Source of the DNA: an uncultured Acidobacteriota bacterium
GTDB lineage: Bacteria > Acidobacteriota > Thermoanaerobaculia > UBA5066 > Gp7-AA6
Length of the DNA: 64,000 nt
Assembly: GCA_963784935.1 (NCBI GenBank)
Contig: CAWATD010000006.1
Span: forward strand, 270,175 to 334,174
Reading direction: 5' to 3'
Under the pieces are notes generated by a model. It was not told the DNA's origin, searched no databases, and saw nothing but the letters and a program-made list of their open reading frames with translations. Position numbers and translations under genes: made by a program. Positions 1 through 12,939 of the stretch are shown here, in pieces (the stretch's first letter is position 1; every line of letters starts with the position of its first letter).

Positions 1-440
1 CGCATGCGCGCGCCCCAGGCCGGCATGTCGGTGTAGCTCCGGATGCCCGAGGTGTGCGTGAGCAGCTGCTCGATCGTGATCCGCCGTCCGCCTGCGGGGT
101 AGTCCGGGAGGTACGATGCGATGTCGTCGTCGAGTCGGAGCCGGCCCTGTTCGGCGAGCATCAGGACGCAGGCGGACGTGAACTCCTTGGTCACCGACCC
201 CACGCGGAAGACCATGTCCGGCTGGATGGGCACGCCGAGCTCGATCTCGGCGAGGCCGTACCCCTTGCGCAGCACGGGTTTGCCGTCCTGCATCAGGAGC
301 ACCGCCGCGCCCGGGCCGCCCGGCGGATAGGCCGCCGCGAACATCCTGTCGATGCGGGCGACCTGTTCGGGCGTCGCGGCGAGGGCAACCGCCGCAACCG
401 GAAACCAGAAGGCGAGAACCAGGAGTCCGACGGGTCGACG
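1..440 (-). CDS. serine hydrolase / beta-lactamase-fold protein, partial (C-terminal part lies beyond the window start)
   Basis: The minus-strand frame encodes a signal peptide (RRPVGLLVLAFWFPVAAVALAATPEQ), then ...AAVLLMQDGKPV... and ...ITIEQLLTHTSGIRSYTD, typical of PBP/beta-lactamase-fold serine hydrolases. No ATG/GTG/TTG start precedes the signal peptide, and the frame overlaps the gdhA stop at 445-447. The gene is absent from the ORF track because it runs off the window edge. Confidence 0.45.
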
Positions 441-444
441 CGGT

Positions 445-1782
445 CTAGGCGTAGAGCCCTCGGACCATCGTGTCGTGCGCCACGCGCGAGATCCCGAGCA
501 TGTAGGCGGCGATGCGGAAGCTGACGCCGTACTTCTCGGCCATGGAGGCCACGTCGCGGAACGATTGCACCATGATGTCCTCGAGCCGCTCGTTGACCTC
601 GCTCTCGCGCCAGAAGAAGCCGGCGCGGTCCTGCACCCACTCGAAGTAGGACACCGTCACGCCGCCCGCGTTGGCGAGGATGTCGGGCACGACGAGGATG
701 TTTTTCGCGTTCAGGACCTCGTCGGCGCGCTGCGTGGTGGGGCCGTTGGCGCCCTCGACGATGATTTTCGCCTTGATGTTCGCCGCGTTCTTCTGGCGGA
801 TCTGGTTCTCGTTGGCGGCCGGAATGAGGATGTCGCAGTCGAGCTCGAGCAGGGCCTCGTTGGTCACGGCCTCGGCGCCGGGGAAGCCCTTGAGCGACCT
901 GTTCTTCTCGTAGTGGGCGAGCAGGGCCGGCATGTCGAGCCCGCCCTTTGCGTGGATCCCGCCGTGGATGTCGGACACGGCCAGGATCTTCGCGCCGGCC
1001 TCGGAGCACATGCGCGCGGCGATCGATCCGACGTTGCCGAAGCCCTGCACCACGATCCGGCTGCCCTTGAGCGTCAGGCCGCGCAGGGGCGCCGCCTCGC
1101 GCGCGATCAGCATCAGGCCCCGGCCCGTCGCCTCGACGCGCCCGCGCGAGCCGCCGAGCGACAGGGGCTTACCCGTGACGACGGCGGTGACGGTGTGCCG
1201 CGCGTGCATCGAGTAGGTGTCCATGATCCAGGCCATCGTCTGAGGGTTCGTGCCCATGTCCGGCGCCGGGACGTCCTTCTCGGGCCCGAACTGGTCCATC
1301 AGCTCCGCGGTGTAGCGGCGGGTGATCTTCTCGAGCTCCGAGCGCGAGAGGGAACCGGGGTCGCAGATGACCCCGCCCTTGGCGCCGCCGAAGGGGATGT
1401 TGACGACCGCGCACTTCCAGGTCATCCAGGCCGCGAGCGCCCGGACCTCGTCGAGGCTGACGTTCTTGTCGAAACGGATGCCGCCCTTGCCGGGACCGCG
1501 GGCGATGTTGTGGAGGACGCGGTAGCCGACGAAGACCTCGATGCGCCCGTCGTCCATGGCGATCGGGATCGACACCTTGGTTTCCCGGACGGGCTCGCGC
1601 AACACCTTGTAGAGGCCAGGGTCGAGTCCCAGCTTCTGGGCGGCCAGGTCGAACCGCGACATCATCTCTTCGAAGGGACTGGCCGAGTCGGTGCCTTGGG
1701 GGTGCGATCCGATTGTGGGAAACTGCGGATCGGCGATCGTGCTCACGGTAGCTCCCGTCCGGCGCTCGCGCGCCCACTCCAC
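445..1782 (-). CDS. gdhA: glutamate dehydrogenase, NAD(P)-dependent
   Basis: 445-aa ORF with Glu/Leu/Phe/Val dehydrogenase hallmarks ([17 protein letters not shown], a GFGNVGS Rossmann motif). The true start may be the internal Met in MMSRFDL. Confidence 0.9.
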   Translation of the reverse strand: MEWARERRTGATVSTIADPQFPTIGSHPQGTDSASPFEEMMSRFDLAAQKLGLDPGLYKVLREPVRETKVSIPIAMDDGRIEVFVGYRVLHNIARGPGKGGIRFDKNVSLDEVRALAAWMTWKCAVVNIPFGGAKGGVICDPGSLSRSELEKITRRYTAELMDQFGPEKDVPAPDMGTNPQTMAWIMDTYSMHARHTVTAVVTGKPLSLGGSRGRVEATGRGLMLIAREAAPLRGLTLKGSRIVVQGFGNVGSIAARMCSEAGAKILAVSDIHGGIHAKGGLDMPALLAHYEKNRSLKGFPGAEAVTNEALLELDCDILIPAANENQIRQKNAANIKAKIIVEGANGPTTQRADEVLNAKNILVVPDILANAGGVTVSYFEWVQDRAGFFWRESEVNERLEDIMVQSFRDVASMAEKYGVSFRIAAYMLGISRVAHDTMVRGLYA

Positions 1783-1857
1783 TAAAATGCCCGGGGAATT
1801 CTAGCAGGGTGCCGGGCCACGGGGGCCCGGGCCGGCCGCGGCCGGCGGAAAGCGAAG

Positions 1858-2442
1858 TTGGAGCCGAAACAGGCGGAGCTCGAGGACGTCGAAATCGTGC
1901 GCCGCGTCCTCGCGGGGGAGGAGGACCTTTTCGAGGTCCTGGTCCGGCGCTACCAGACCCGGGTGGCCTCGCACGTCACTCGGATGGTCGGCAACCGGGA
2001 TGACGCGCTCGATCTCGCCCAGGAGATCTTCCTGAAGGTTTTCCAGGCGCTCGACCGCTTCAATCCGGCCTACAAGTTCTCGACCTGGCTCTTCCGGATC
2101 GCGGGCAACGCCGCAATCGACCACTTGCGCAAGCGGCGCCCCCGGACGGTGCCGCTCGAATCCCCGGATCCCGACGGGCCCGGGCCGTTTGCGCCGGAAC
2201 AGCGCTCGACCGGGCTCGACCCCTACGGGGAGCTGCGCAACCGGGAACGGGGCGATGCCATCGGCCGGGCGATCCAGGAGCTGCCGGCCGACTTTCGCGA
2301 GCTCATCGCGCTGCGCCACTTTACCGGGCTGTCCTACGAAGAGATCGCCGACGTCAAGAACATGCCCCTCGGCACGGTCAAGAACAAACTCTTTCGGGCC
2401 AGAGCCGTATTGAAGGACAGGTTGTCGGGAGAAGTGAAGTGA
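1858..2442 (+). CDS. ECF-type RNA polymerase sigma factor (sigma-70 family)
   Basis: 194 aa. Region 2 (LAQEIFLKVFQALDRF...STWLFRIAGNAAIDHLRK) and region 4 (LSYEEIADVKNMPLGTVKNKLFRAR) motifs are present. TTG/alternative start. Its stop overlaps the start of the next gene (ATGA). Confidence 0.9.
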   Translation: MEPKQAELEDVEIVRRVLAGEEDLFEVLVRRYQTRVASHVTRMVGNRDDALDLAQEIFLKVFQALDRFNPAYKFSTWLFRIAGNAAIDHLRKRRPRTVPLESPDPDGPGPFAPEQRSTGLDPYGELRNRERGDAIGRAIQELPADFRELIALRHFTGLSYEEIADVKNMPLGTVKNKLFRARAVLKDRLSGEVK

Positions 2443-2999
2443 CACAGTGCCAACGCCCCCTGGATTCGATCGACGCCGAGGCGCTCGCCTGCGGCGCGGA
2501 TGCCGTTTTTGCTCCCGATGCGGCGTTTCACGCACTGGACTGCCCGGCCTGCTCGGCGTCCGTCGAGGCGGCCAGAGGCCTCCTGAGAGACCTGGAGGGG
2601 CTTTCCGCGCCATCCGCAGCCCTCGCGGGGCTCCAGGAGCGGGTCATCCGGCTCCGGTCGTTTTCGCGGAGGGAGCGCCGAACTTACGCCCTCTGGAACA
2701 CCCCCGTACTGCTGACGGCCGGCCTGGCCGGAACCGGTTTCGGGCTGCTCAGCCTTCCCGTCCTGACGGCCGCAGACCAGGTCTCCCTCGGGGCGGCCGC
2801 CGCGGCCCCCATTCTCGCCCTCGTGCGCGGCGCTTCCCGATGGGTTCTCGACCTTGCCACCCTGGCGCCGGCCGGCCTCGGGGCGCTCTCCGACGGCCTT
2901 CGGCAGGATGGGACGATGGGGGCCGCGGCGCTCGTACTGCTGGTTCCGATCGGGCTCGGCCTCATGCGCGTGCTCGCCCGCGTGCCCGGCCGCCGATGA
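2439..2999 (+). CDS. anti-sigma factor, zinc-finger (ZAS-like HxxxCxxC), membrane-anchored
   Basis: 186 aa with an HALDCPAC motif and hydrophobic transmembrane segments; translationally coupled to the upstream ECF sigma. Confidence 0.7.
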   Translation: MTQCQRPLDSIDAEALACGADAVFAPDAAFHALDCPACSASVEAARGLLRDLEGLSAPSAALAGLQERVIRLRSFSRRERRTYALWNTPVLLTAGLAGTGFGLLSLPVLTAADQVSLGAAAAAPILALVRGASRWVLDLATLAPAGLGALSDGLRQDGTMGAAALVLLVPIGLGLMRVLARVPGRR

Positions 3000-3862
3000 G
3001 GCGTTCGGGCCTGGCGCCTGCGCTCGGTTCGCTCTTCTTCCTCCTTCTCCCGGGTCCGGCGCCCGCCCTGCCGGGCTCCATCACTTCCGTGCGGCGCGAC
3101 GTCGTCGTGTCGCAGGCGCTGCCCGGACGCGTGATTGCCGTCCTCGCGGATGTCCGGATCGCGGCGCGCGTTTCGGGCGATGTCGTCGTCTGGGGCGGCA
3201 ACGTCTCTTTCGCGCCGGGCGGATCGGTCGCGGGCGACCTGCTCGTTTTCGGAGGCACGATCGAAGGGCCCTCGGGCGGCGCGATGCCGGTCGAGGGCCG
3301 CGTTTCGACGCCGGGATCGCTGCTGCAGATGTACCTCTCGGAAATGCGCCGCGCGCCCTGGGAGGGTGCCGGTACGGGACCGTTGGTTCTCGGGGGCCTC
3401 CATCTGATTGCCCTTTCCGTCTGGCTCGCCGTGGCGCTGGCGCTGCTGTACTTCTTCGCATCACCGCTGGCCCGTGCGGCGGTGTCCGCCGAGGAAGACT
3501 GGTCGGGATCGCTGCTCGCGGGCGCGCTCGGCGTGCTGACGCTCTTCCTGGCAGCCGGCGCCTCTCTCTCGCTCCTGCCCCCGGTCGTCGGAATTCCGAT
3601 CGCGCTCGCTTCCGCGACCATCGCCGTGGTCGCGAAAATCTTCGGCATGGCCGCGCTCTTCCTCCTGCTCGGTCAGAGGCTCCTGAGGAGCGTCGCGCCA
3701 GCGCGGCGTCCGGCGGCCCTCGCCGCCGGGTTCGTCGTGCTGGGGGGCGTTTCGCTCCTCCCCTTCGTGGGGGCCCTGGTGTGGAGCGTTGCCTCGATCG
3801 TCGCCGTCGGAGTCGCGTTGGTGTCGCGGTTCGGAACGCCTCGCTTCCGCATAGTGATCTGA
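2996..3862 (+). CDS. hypothetical membrane protein; N-terminal signal peptide plus bactofilin-like beta-strand repeats, C-terminal polytopic domain
   Basis: Internal Met of ORF 2447..3862 (MRRSGLAPALGSLFFLLLPGPAPA...). Repeated V-rich beta motifs (DVVVSQALPGRVIAVLADVRIAARVSGDVVVWGGNVSFAPGGSVAGDLLVFGGTIEG) are followed by 4-5 TM helices. ATGA overlap with the anti-sigma stop. Confidence 0.55.
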   Translation: MRRSGLAPALGSLFFLLLPGPAPALPGSITSVRRDVVVSQALPGRVIAVLADVRIAARVSGDVVVWGGNVSFAPGGSVAGDLLVFGGTIEGPSGGAMPVEGRVSTPGSLLQMYLSEMRRAPWEGAGTGPLVLGGLHLIALSVWLAVALALLYFFASPLARAAVSAEEDWSGSLLAGALGVLTLFLAAGASLSLLPPVVGIPIALASATIAVVAKIFGMAALFLLLGQRLLRSVAPARRPAALAAGFVVLGGVSLLPFVGALVWSVASIVAVGVALVSRFGTPRFRIVI

Positions 3863-3970
3863 GCGGCCCTCGACGGGCCGACGGGAGAGAGGAAATTGGC
3901 GAAGGTGCGCCGCTGCCGCCACGTGCGTGACGGCGTTGGACGACCGGAGCCGACGCGATAGAGTCCGCCC

Positions 3971-4825
3971 ATGGAAGTCCGGACGCTCGGCGTCGTCGGG
4001 GGCGGCCAGATGGGCAGCGGGATCGCGCACGTCGCCGCGGCGGTCGGCCTGACGGTCACGCTCGTGGATGTCGAGGAGCGCTTTCTCGAGAGGGCCCGGG
4101 CCACGATCGAGAAGAACCTGGACCGCGAGGTCGCCAGGGGCAAGCGCACTGCCGACGAAAAGGTCGCCGCGCTCGCTCGCCTGTCGGCGACGACCCGGCT
4201 CGAGGCCCTGGCCGGTGCGGACGTGGTCATCGAGGCGATCGTCGAGGACGAGGCGGTCAAGAAGGACCTCTTCCGCCGGCTCGACGCGGCCTGCAAGCCG
4301 GAGGCGATCCTGGCGTCGAACACCTCGTCGATCTCGATCACGCGCCTGGCGGCCGCGACGCGGCGCCCCGGGGCGTTCATCGGGATGCACTTCATGAACC
4401 CGGTCCCGCTCATGCAGCTCGTCGAGGTGATCCGCGGGATCGCCACGTCCGACCCGACCGCCGCCGCCGTGGATGCGCTCGCCCGGCGGATGGGCAAGAC
4501 GCCGATCCAGTGCCACGACTATCCGGGATTCATCTCGAACCGCGTCCTGATGCCGATGATCAACGAGGCGATCGAGGCGCTGCGGGAGGGCGTGGCAACC
4601 AAAGAGGCGATCGACGGGATCATGAAGCTCGGGATGAACCATCCCATGGGCCCGCTCCAGCTCGCCGACTTCATCGGCCTCGACACGTGCCTCTCGATCC
4701 TGCGCGTGCTCCACGAGGGGTTCGGCGATCCGAAATACCGGCCGAGCCCGCTGCTCGTCCGCATGGTCGACGCCGGCTGGCTCGGCAAGAAGTCGGGCCA
4801 AGGGTTCTACGAGTATCCGGCATGA
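3971..4825 (+). CDS. hbd: 3-hydroxybutyryl-CoA / 3-hydroxyacyl-CoA dehydrogenase
   Basis: 284 aa with an N-terminal Rossmann motif ([12 protein letters not shown]) and 3HCDH N- and C-domains ([17 protein letters not shown]...GFISNRVL). Confidence 0.9.
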   Translation: MEVRTLGVVGGGQMGSGIAHVAAAVGLTVTLVDVEERFLERARATIEKNLDREVARGKRTADEKVAALARLSATTRLEALAGADVVIEAIVEDEAVKKDLFRRLDAACKPEAILASNTSSISITRLAAATRRPGAFIGMHFMNPVPLMQLVEVIRGIATSDPTAAAVDALARRMGKTPIQCHDYPGFISNRVLMPMINEAIEALREGVATKEAIDGIMKLGMNHPMGPLQLADFIGLDTCLSILRVLHEGFGDPKYRPSPLLVRMVDAGWLGKKSGQGFYEYPA

Positions 4826-4877
4826 CGGGCCGCGCCCCGGACGCACGACGCGCGGCTCGCCGCCCGCGACCCTCCTG

Positions 4878-6737
4878 ATGTACTGCCAGGTCTGCGGCCT
4901 CAAGAACTCCGAGGACGAGGAGTTCTGCGCCCGCTGCAGCTCGAAGCTGCTGGTCCTCTCCGGAGTCGGCGTCGTGGAAGAGGCGGGGGAGCCCCAGGAG
5001 GAGATCCCCTTCGACGAGCACCTGCTCGAGCGGATCTCGACGCTCGAGGACGTGGTCAAGCGCACGGCGGAAGCCGTCAAGTCCCTCTTCGAGTCCATGG
5101 GAAACCTCGAGAAGAACCTGTTCGTCGCCCACACCGGGATCCTCGCCCTCCAGGAAACGCTCGAGCGGCGGGGTGCCGTCCGCGCGGAGGAGGTCGTGGA
5201 CCTCTGGGAATCCAAGATGGACGAGCGGATGCAGGCCGTCGAGAAGAAGGACCGGTTCCTCGAGCGCCGCGACCGCATCATCGCGCGCTTCTCCGGGCCC
5301 GACCGCGAGACCTTCCTGAAGAAACTCCGCGAGGCGGAGTTCGCGATCCTGGCGCTCGACGCCGACCGGGGGATCCGGGTGCTCGAGGAGCTCTTCCGGA
5401 CCGACCGCGCCAACGTGGAGCTCGGGTTCTACCTGGCGGAAACATTCTTTTCGGGCGGTGAGCTCGAGCGGGCCTCCGGGTACTTCAAGAAGATCCTGGC
5501 GGTCGACCCAAACCACTTCGAAGCCCTCGTCTACAGCGGGATTGCGGCCTCCGAGTCGGGCGACACGGCGGCGGCCGAGGCGGCGCTCTGCCACGCCGTC
5601 GAGCGCAAGCCCGACGCCTTCCTGCCGCACTTCGCCCTGGGCACGCTCTTCGCGCACCTGTCCCGGTGGGAGGATGCGGAGAAGGCCCTCGTCCGGGCGC
5701 TCGACTGCGCTCCGGTCCCGTCGGCGCATGTCCTGCTCGGCAACGTGCTGCGCGAAAAGGGCGAGCTGTCGAGGGCGATCCACGAGTTCGAGGAGGCGAT
5801 GCGCCTCGCGCCCGAGTCCGAAGAGGCCGTGTTCCAGCTGGGGCTCTGCTTTCTCGAGAAGAACTGGCACAAGCGCGCGCTCGAGTGCTTCCAGCAGGCG
5901 CTCGAGAAGAACCCGCGCCGGCTCGAGTACCAGGAGGCCGTTCGCCTGCTCGAGCGCCGCAGCGGATACGAGCTGCCCCGGGTGGACGGACCGGGTGCCG
6001 CCGCCTTCAAGGACGCCGAGGAGAGCGCGGCCCGCGGAGCGCTTTCGCGGGCGCAGGAGCTCTACCGCAAGGCCATGCGAGCCGAGCCGCGCAACCCGAC
6101 GATCCGCGTGTCCTTCGCGCTGCTCTCGGCGTCGATGGGAAGGTGGAAGGAGGCGATCGCCGCCTGCCGCGAGGTGCTCGCCGCGGACCCGGAGGACGTC
6201 GTCGCGGCCGCCGCCTGCTCGACCCTGGCCGAGGCGCTCCGGGCCGAGGGCAGCCCGCGCGAGGCCGCCGAGTTCCTGCGCGAGTTTCTCGAGAAGCATC
6301 CGTCCAAGACGGCGCAGGCCGTCGGGTACTACGAGCTGGCGACGAGCCTGGCCGAATCCGGCGAGGACCTCGACCTGGCGCTCGACTATGCGGGCCGCGC
6401 GCTCGCGGCCGCGCCGGAGGAGTTGAAACCCTATCCGCTGGCCGCTCTGGGATGGGTCCACTACAAGCGCCAGGAGTACGAACGGGCGATCGAGTGTCTG
6501 CGTCGTTCGAGTGACCACGCCGCGGCGCCCATGACGCTCCACCACCTCGGGATGGCCTACCTCGCCGCCGGGCGGGCCGAAGAGGCCAAGGCTGCGTTCG
6601 CGAAGGCCAAGACGGCCTCCCGGGGCGCCGGCATCGAGGACCGCATGATGCAGCAGCTTCGCTCGAACCTGCGCCTGGTCGAGAAGGTCGGTCCCCGGCG
6701 CAAGGAGACGGCACCCCAGGGCAAGAGCCGGGCCTAG
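4878..6737 (+). CDS. TPR-repeat protein with N-terminal zinc-ribbon
   Basis: 619 aa. N-terminus has CQVCG...CARC, followed by multiple tetratricopeptide-like repeats (AlxxA/Y patterns). Confidence 0.7.
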   Translation: MYCQVCGLKNSEDEEFCARCSSKLLVLSGVGVVEEAGEPQEEIPFDEHLLERISTLEDVVKRTAEAVKSLFESMGNLEKNLFVAHTGILALQETLERRGAVRAEEVVDLWESKMDERMQAVEKKDRFLERRDRIIARFSGPDRETFLKKLREAEFAILALDADRGIRVLEELFRTDRANVELGFYLAETFFSGGELERASGYFKKILAVDPNHFEALVYSGIAASESGDTAAAEAALCHAVERKPDAFLPHFALGTLFAHLSRWEDAEKALVRALDCAPVPSAHVLLGNVLREKGELSRAIHEFEEAMRLAPESEEAVFQLGLCFLEKNWHKRALECFQQALEKNPRRLEYQEAVRLLERRSGYELPRVDGPGAAAFKDAEESAARGALSRAQELYRKAMRAEPRNPTIRVSFALLSASMGRWKEAIAACREVLAADPEDVVAAAACSTLAEALRAEGSPREAAEFLREFLEKHPSKTAQAVGYYELATSLAESGEDLDLALDYAGRALAAAPEELKPYPLAALGWVHYKRQEYERAIECLRRSSDHAAAPMTLHHLGMAYLAAGRAEEAKAAFAKAKTASRGAGIEDRMMQQLRSNLRLVEKVGPRRKETAPQGKSRA

Positions 6738-6819
6738 TCGGCGGGTCGGCTCCCCGCTTGCCTTCGGTCCGGCCTCTGATACGGATAGCTCATCCCGCGT
6801 CTAGTATCCTCACCTGCCT

Positions 6820-8550
6820 ATGCGCTGGTCCCGCTATTTCCTGCAAACTGTCCGCGAAGTGCCCGGCGACGCCGACGCGGTCTCGCACGTGCTCCTGTCC
6901 CGCGCCGGAATGATCCGGCGGGTGGCGGCCGGCATCTACTCGCTGACACCGCTCGGGCTGCGTTCCCACCGGAAGGCCGAGCGCATCGTCCGCGAAGAGA
7001 TCGACCGGGCCGGCGGCCTCGAGGTGGAGCTGCCGATCCTGCAGCCGCGCGAACTCTGGGAGGAGAGCGGCCGCTGGGCGCGCTATTCCGAGGAACAGAT
7101 CCTCTTCCACCTGAAGGACCGCAGGGAGGGGGACTACTGCCTCGCGCCGACCGCGGAAGAGGCGGTGACGACGATGGTGCGCTCGGGCGTCACGTCGTAC
7201 CGGCAGCTGCCGGTGACGCTCTACCAGATCCGGACGAAGTTCCGCGACGAGATCCGGCCGCGCTTCGGCCTGATGCGCGGCCGCGAGTTCCTGATGTACG
7301 ACGGGTACTCGTTCGACACCGATGCCGACGGGCTCGACCGCTCCTACAAGGCGCAGGACGCGGCGTACCGCCGCGTCTTCGAGCGCTGCGGCCTCGACTT
7401 CACGGTGGTGCAGGCCGACTCGGGCGCGATCGGCGGCAGCGCGTCGGAGGAGTTCATGGTGCTGGCCGACACCGGCGAGGACGCGGTCGTGCGCTGCGTC
7501 GCGTGCGGATACGGCGCGAACCTCGAGAAGGCCGAGACGGCGACGCGCCAGGCCCCGTGGAAGGACGAGACCGAGGCACCGCTCGTCGAAGTGCCGACGC
7601 CCGGCAAGGGCGGCATCGACGACGTGGTGACGTTCCTCGGCATCACCGCGGCCCGGATGATCAAGTGCCTCGTCTACGAGAGCGACCAGGGCTTCGTCGT
7701 GGCGCTCCTGCGCGGCGACCTCGAGGTCAACGAGGTCGCGCTCAAGAACGCGCTCGGCGTCGAGCGCCTGGCGCTCGCCGCCGAGGAGAAAGTCGAGGGC
7801 GCGACCGGCGCCCCCGTGGGCTACGTCGGACCCCACAAGCTTCCGGGCGAAAAGGTCCGGATCATCGCCGACGAGTCCATCCGTGACGCGGTCAACGCGG
7901 TCACGGGCGCCGGACGCCGCGACTGGCACGTCGCCGGATTCGTCCTGCGCCGCGACGCGAACGTCCAGCAGTGGGCCGTGTTCGCCCAGGCCCGCGCCGG
8001 CGATCCGTGCGTGCGCTGTGGCAAACCCCTCTCGATCGCGCGCGGCATCGAGGTGGGCCACATTTTCAAGCTCGGGACCAAGTATTCGACCGCCCTCTCC
8101 TGCGGGTTTACCGACGAGAAGGGCGAGACCCGGCCCGCGGTCATGGGGACTTACGGCATCGGCGTCGGGCGCACGATGGCCGCCGCCGTCGAGCAGCACC
8201 ACGACGCCGACGGGATCGTGTGGCCGATCTCGCTCGCGCCCTTCGAGATCGCGATCGTGTCGCTCAACCCCACGGAGGAGGCGACCCGGAGCGCGGCAGA
8301 CGGGCTGTACGACTCGCTCGGGGCGGCCGGGCTCGAAGTGTTCTACGACGACCGCGACGAGCGGCCGGGCGTGAAGTTCAAGGACGCGGACCTGATCGGG
8401 TTCCCGATCCGCGTCAATGTCGGCGGCCGGGCGCTCAAGGACGGCAAGGTCGAGGTCGTCCTGCGCCGCGACAAGAGCGTCCGGCTCGTCCCGACGGCGG
8501 AGGCGGTCGAGGCCGTGCGCTCGTTGCGCGCCGAGATCGCAGGAGGATAG
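6820..8550 (+). CDS. proS: proline--tRNA ligase (bacterial type with editing domain)
   Basis: 576 aa; class II aaRS motifs and the ProRS N-terminus ([15 protein letters not shown]...[12 protein letters not shown]); central INS/editing domain; C-terminal anticodon-binding domain. Confidence 0.95.
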   Translation: MRWSRYFLQTVREVPGDADAVSHVLLSRAGMIRRVAAGIYSLTPLGLRSHRKAERIVREEIDRAGGLEVELPILQPRELWEESGRWARYSEEQILFHLKDRREGDYCLAPTAEEAVTTMVRSGVTSYRQLPVTLYQIRTKFRDEIRPRFGLMRGREFLMYDGYSFDTDADGLDRSYKAQDAAYRRVFERCGLDFTVVQADSGAIGGSASEEFMVLADTGEDAVVRCVACGYGANLEKAETATRQAPWKDETEAPLVEVPTPGKGGIDDVVTFLGITAARMIKCLVYESDQGFVVALLRGDLEVNEVALKNALGVERLALAAEEKVEGATGAPVGYVGPHKLPGEKVRIIADESIRDAVNAVTGAGRRDWHVAGFVLRRDANVQQWAVFAQARAGDPCVRCGKPLSIARGIEVGHIFKLGTKYSTALSCGFTDEKGETRPAVMGTYGIGVGRTMAAAVEQHHDADGIVWPISLAPFEIAIVSLNPTEEATRSAADGLYDSLGAAGLEVFYDDRDERPGVKFKDADLIGFPIRVNVGGRALKDGKVEVVLRRDKSVRLVPTAEAVEAVRSLRAEIAGG

Positions 8551-8554
8551 CCCC

Positions 8555-10821
<2,267 letters not shown>

Positions 10822-10822
<1 letters not shown>

Positions 10823-10857
10823 CGCGGCGCCTCAAGGGATCCCTTCAGTCGCCGCGC
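10822..10857. terminator. hairpin between convergent maeB and purD-like genes (possible bidirectional terminator; no U-tract)
   Basis: GCGCGGCG ... CGCCGCGC inverted repeat enclosing the perfect palindrome AAGGGATCCCTT. Confidence 0.3.
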
Positions 10858-10863
10858 GGCCAC

Positions 10864-12153
10864 TCAGCGCAGGTACCCCCAGTTGTGCAGCCGGTCGCTG
10901 TCCTCGGCCCAGCGCTCGCCGATGTCGTCGCGGTAGTACATGTTGGGGATGAGGATGTTGCGCACGCGGCTGTAGGCCTGCTCGCGGGCCTGCTTCATCG
11001 TCTGGCCGAGCCCGACGACGGTCAGCACCACCCCGGAAGTCCCCGCGACGAGCCACTGGCCCTCGACGATCTTCGTGTCCTCGATGTGGACTTCCTCGGG
11101 CGTGCCCTTCTTGAAGACGATCACGGCGTTGCGCGAGAACGAATCGAACGTGGCGTCGTCGTCGAAGGGGAAGGGCGGCATGACGATCCGGACTCCGACC
11201 TGGAAACCGCTCTTGACCTTCAGCTTCGGATCCACGCCGTGGGCGAGGTCCGAGAGGAAGAGGCCGATCGGCGTGATCATGCCCTCCTGCTGGATGAAGA
11301 TCGTGGGGTATCCGAACCTCGAGGTGAACTCGAGCGGGTAGATCCCGTTGTTGTTGACGATGCAGTTGACGTCGATGTAGCCGACGTAGCCTTCCTCGGA
11401 GAGGCGCGGCTCCATCTTCAGCAGCGTCTGCTCGAAGATCTTGTTCGGCTCGCTCCAGAACATCGTCGTGCCCATCTCGCCCGTGGGAGGTCCGGCGTTG
11501 CCGGGAAAGAGCTTCTTGTGCTCGAAGTTCGTGTTGACGGGGTAGACGAAGCTCCTCCCGTTGAAGAAGGCGCCCACGGCGACCTCGACGCCCACGACGC
11601 GCTTCTGGAGCTGGAAGACCTTGATCTCGTCCGAGAACGCCTTCTTGTACGCCTCGAGCATGCGGACGACGTCGTGGCCGTCCTCCTCGTCGCCGACGAA
11701 GAGGCGCCGCTTGACGTTGCCCGCCGCCCCCGACGGCTTGATCACGTACCGCGACGGGTTTTCCTGGACGTACGCGATGGCATCGTCGAAGTTTTCGAAG
11801 TCCCGGTACGGGATGATCGTGACGCCGGCCTTCTTCAGTTCCTCCTGCCCGAACGACCGGTCGTCCTCGAGCCGGTCCGTGTAGGGCGTGCCGCCGACGA
11901 CGGCCTTGCCCCGGGCCCGCAGAGCGACGGCCTTTTCGCCCTGTCCGAGCGTGTCGTCGAAGACGATGACGTCCGCCCAGTCCACGTCCTTCTCCCAGTC
12001 GTCGGTCTTCGGCACGAAACCGTCGGCGATGTCCTTCTCTTCGGGGTCGCCGATGAAGTAGCGGACCTCGTGGCCCTCCTTCAGGACCTGCCACGCGATG
12101 TCGCCGATCAGCCCGGTCAGCGAGACGAAGAGGAACTTGCGCTTCTTTTCCAT
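10864..12153 (-). CDS. purD: phosphoribosylamine--glycine ligase-like ATP-grasp protein (divergent PurD family)
   Basis: 429 aa with PurD N-domain, ATP-grasp and C-domain architecture (GPPTGEMG, EFTSRFGYP, ...VVLTVVGLGQTMKQAREQAY). Divergent from canonical PurD, so the assignment is tentative. Confidence 0.6.
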   Translation of the reverse strand: MEKKRKFLFVSLTGLIGDIAWQVLKEGHEVRYFIGDPEEKDIADGFVPKTDDWEKDVDWADVIVFDDTLGQGEKAVALRARGKAVVGGTPYTDRLEDDRSFGQEELKKAGVTIIPYRDFENFDDAIAYVQENPSRYVIKPSGAAGNVKRRLFVGDEEDGHDVVRMLEAYKKAFSDEIKVFQLQKRVVGVEVAVGAFFNGRSFVYPVNTNFEHKKLFPGNAGPPTGEMGTTMFWSEPNKIFEQTLLKMEPRLSEEGYVGYIDVNCIVNNNGIYPLEFTSRFGYPTIFIQQEGMITPIGLFLSDLAHGVDPKLKVKSGFQVGVRIVMPPFPFDDDATFDSFSRNAVIVFKKGTPEEVHIEDTKIVEGQWLVAGTSGVVLTVVGLGQTMKQAREQAYSRVRNILIPNMYYRDDIGERWAEDSDRLHNWGYLR

Positions 12154-12203
12154 GAAGGTGGCGGGATTCTAACCGCACCGGACTCCCGGCGTGTAAGATC
12201 GAG

Positions 12204-12935
12204 TTGCGTCGGGTATTTGCGATGGACGGACGATTCCAAACCACGCACTGGAGCCTCGTTCTCGCTGCCCGGACCGGGCAGAGTCCGGAGTCGAAAGACG
12301 CGCTCGAGAAGCTCTGCAATGCCTACTGGTTTCCCGTCTATGCGTTCGTCCGGCGGCAGGGATATGGCTCGGAGGAGGCGCGCGACCTCACGCAGGGCTT
12401 CTTTGCACGGTTGCTCGAGCGACGGGATCTGAAGGACGTCCGTCCCGAGCTCGGCCGTTTCCGTTCGTTTCTGCTGGCCTCGGTCAAGCACTTCCTCTCG
12501 AACGAGCTCGATCGTGAACGGGCGAAGAAACGAGCACCGGGCGCTCCCCTGGTTTCTCTCGATGCGCGGGAGGCTGAGGATCGGTACGGCCTGGAGCCGG
12601 CCGACTTGATGACGCCGGAAACGCTATTCGAGCGCCGGTGGGCTGGAACCGTTCTCGCTCGGACCCTCGCTCGACTGGAGCTGGAATGGACGGGCGACGA
12701 GCGGGCCCGGCGATTCCGGCTTCTCCGCGGACATCTGACCGGAGACGAGCTCGGGGCTTCCTATCGAGAGATTGGTGCCGCCCTGGGCATGACCGAGGAT
12801 GCCGTGAAGATGTTCGTGTCACGCCTCCGCAGGCAATTCGGAGAGCTGCTGCGCGCAGAAATCGCGAATACGGTTCCCGAGCCCGGCGACGTGGACGACG
12901 AGATTCGTTATCTGCTCGGAGTGCTGAGGGGCTGA
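12204..12935 (+). CDS. ECF sigma factor with C-terminal extension (ECF43-like, Ser/Thr-kinase-associated type)
   Basis: 243 aa with sigma region 2 and region 4 ([28 protein letters not shown]); the Ser/Thr kinase gene starts 5 nt downstream. Confidence 0.8.
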   Translation: MRRVFAMDGRFQTTHWSLVLAARTGQSPESKDALEKLCNAYWFPVYAFVRRQGYGSEEARDLTQGFFARLLERRDLKDVRPELGRFRSFLLASVKHFLSNELDRERAKKRAPGAPLVSLDAREAEDRYGLEPADLMTPETLFERRWAGTVLARTLARLELEWTGDERARRFRLLRGHLTGDELGASYREIGAALGMTEDAVKMFVSRLRRQFGELLRAEIANTVPEPGDVDDEIRYLLGVLRG

Positions 12936-12939
12936 CACG

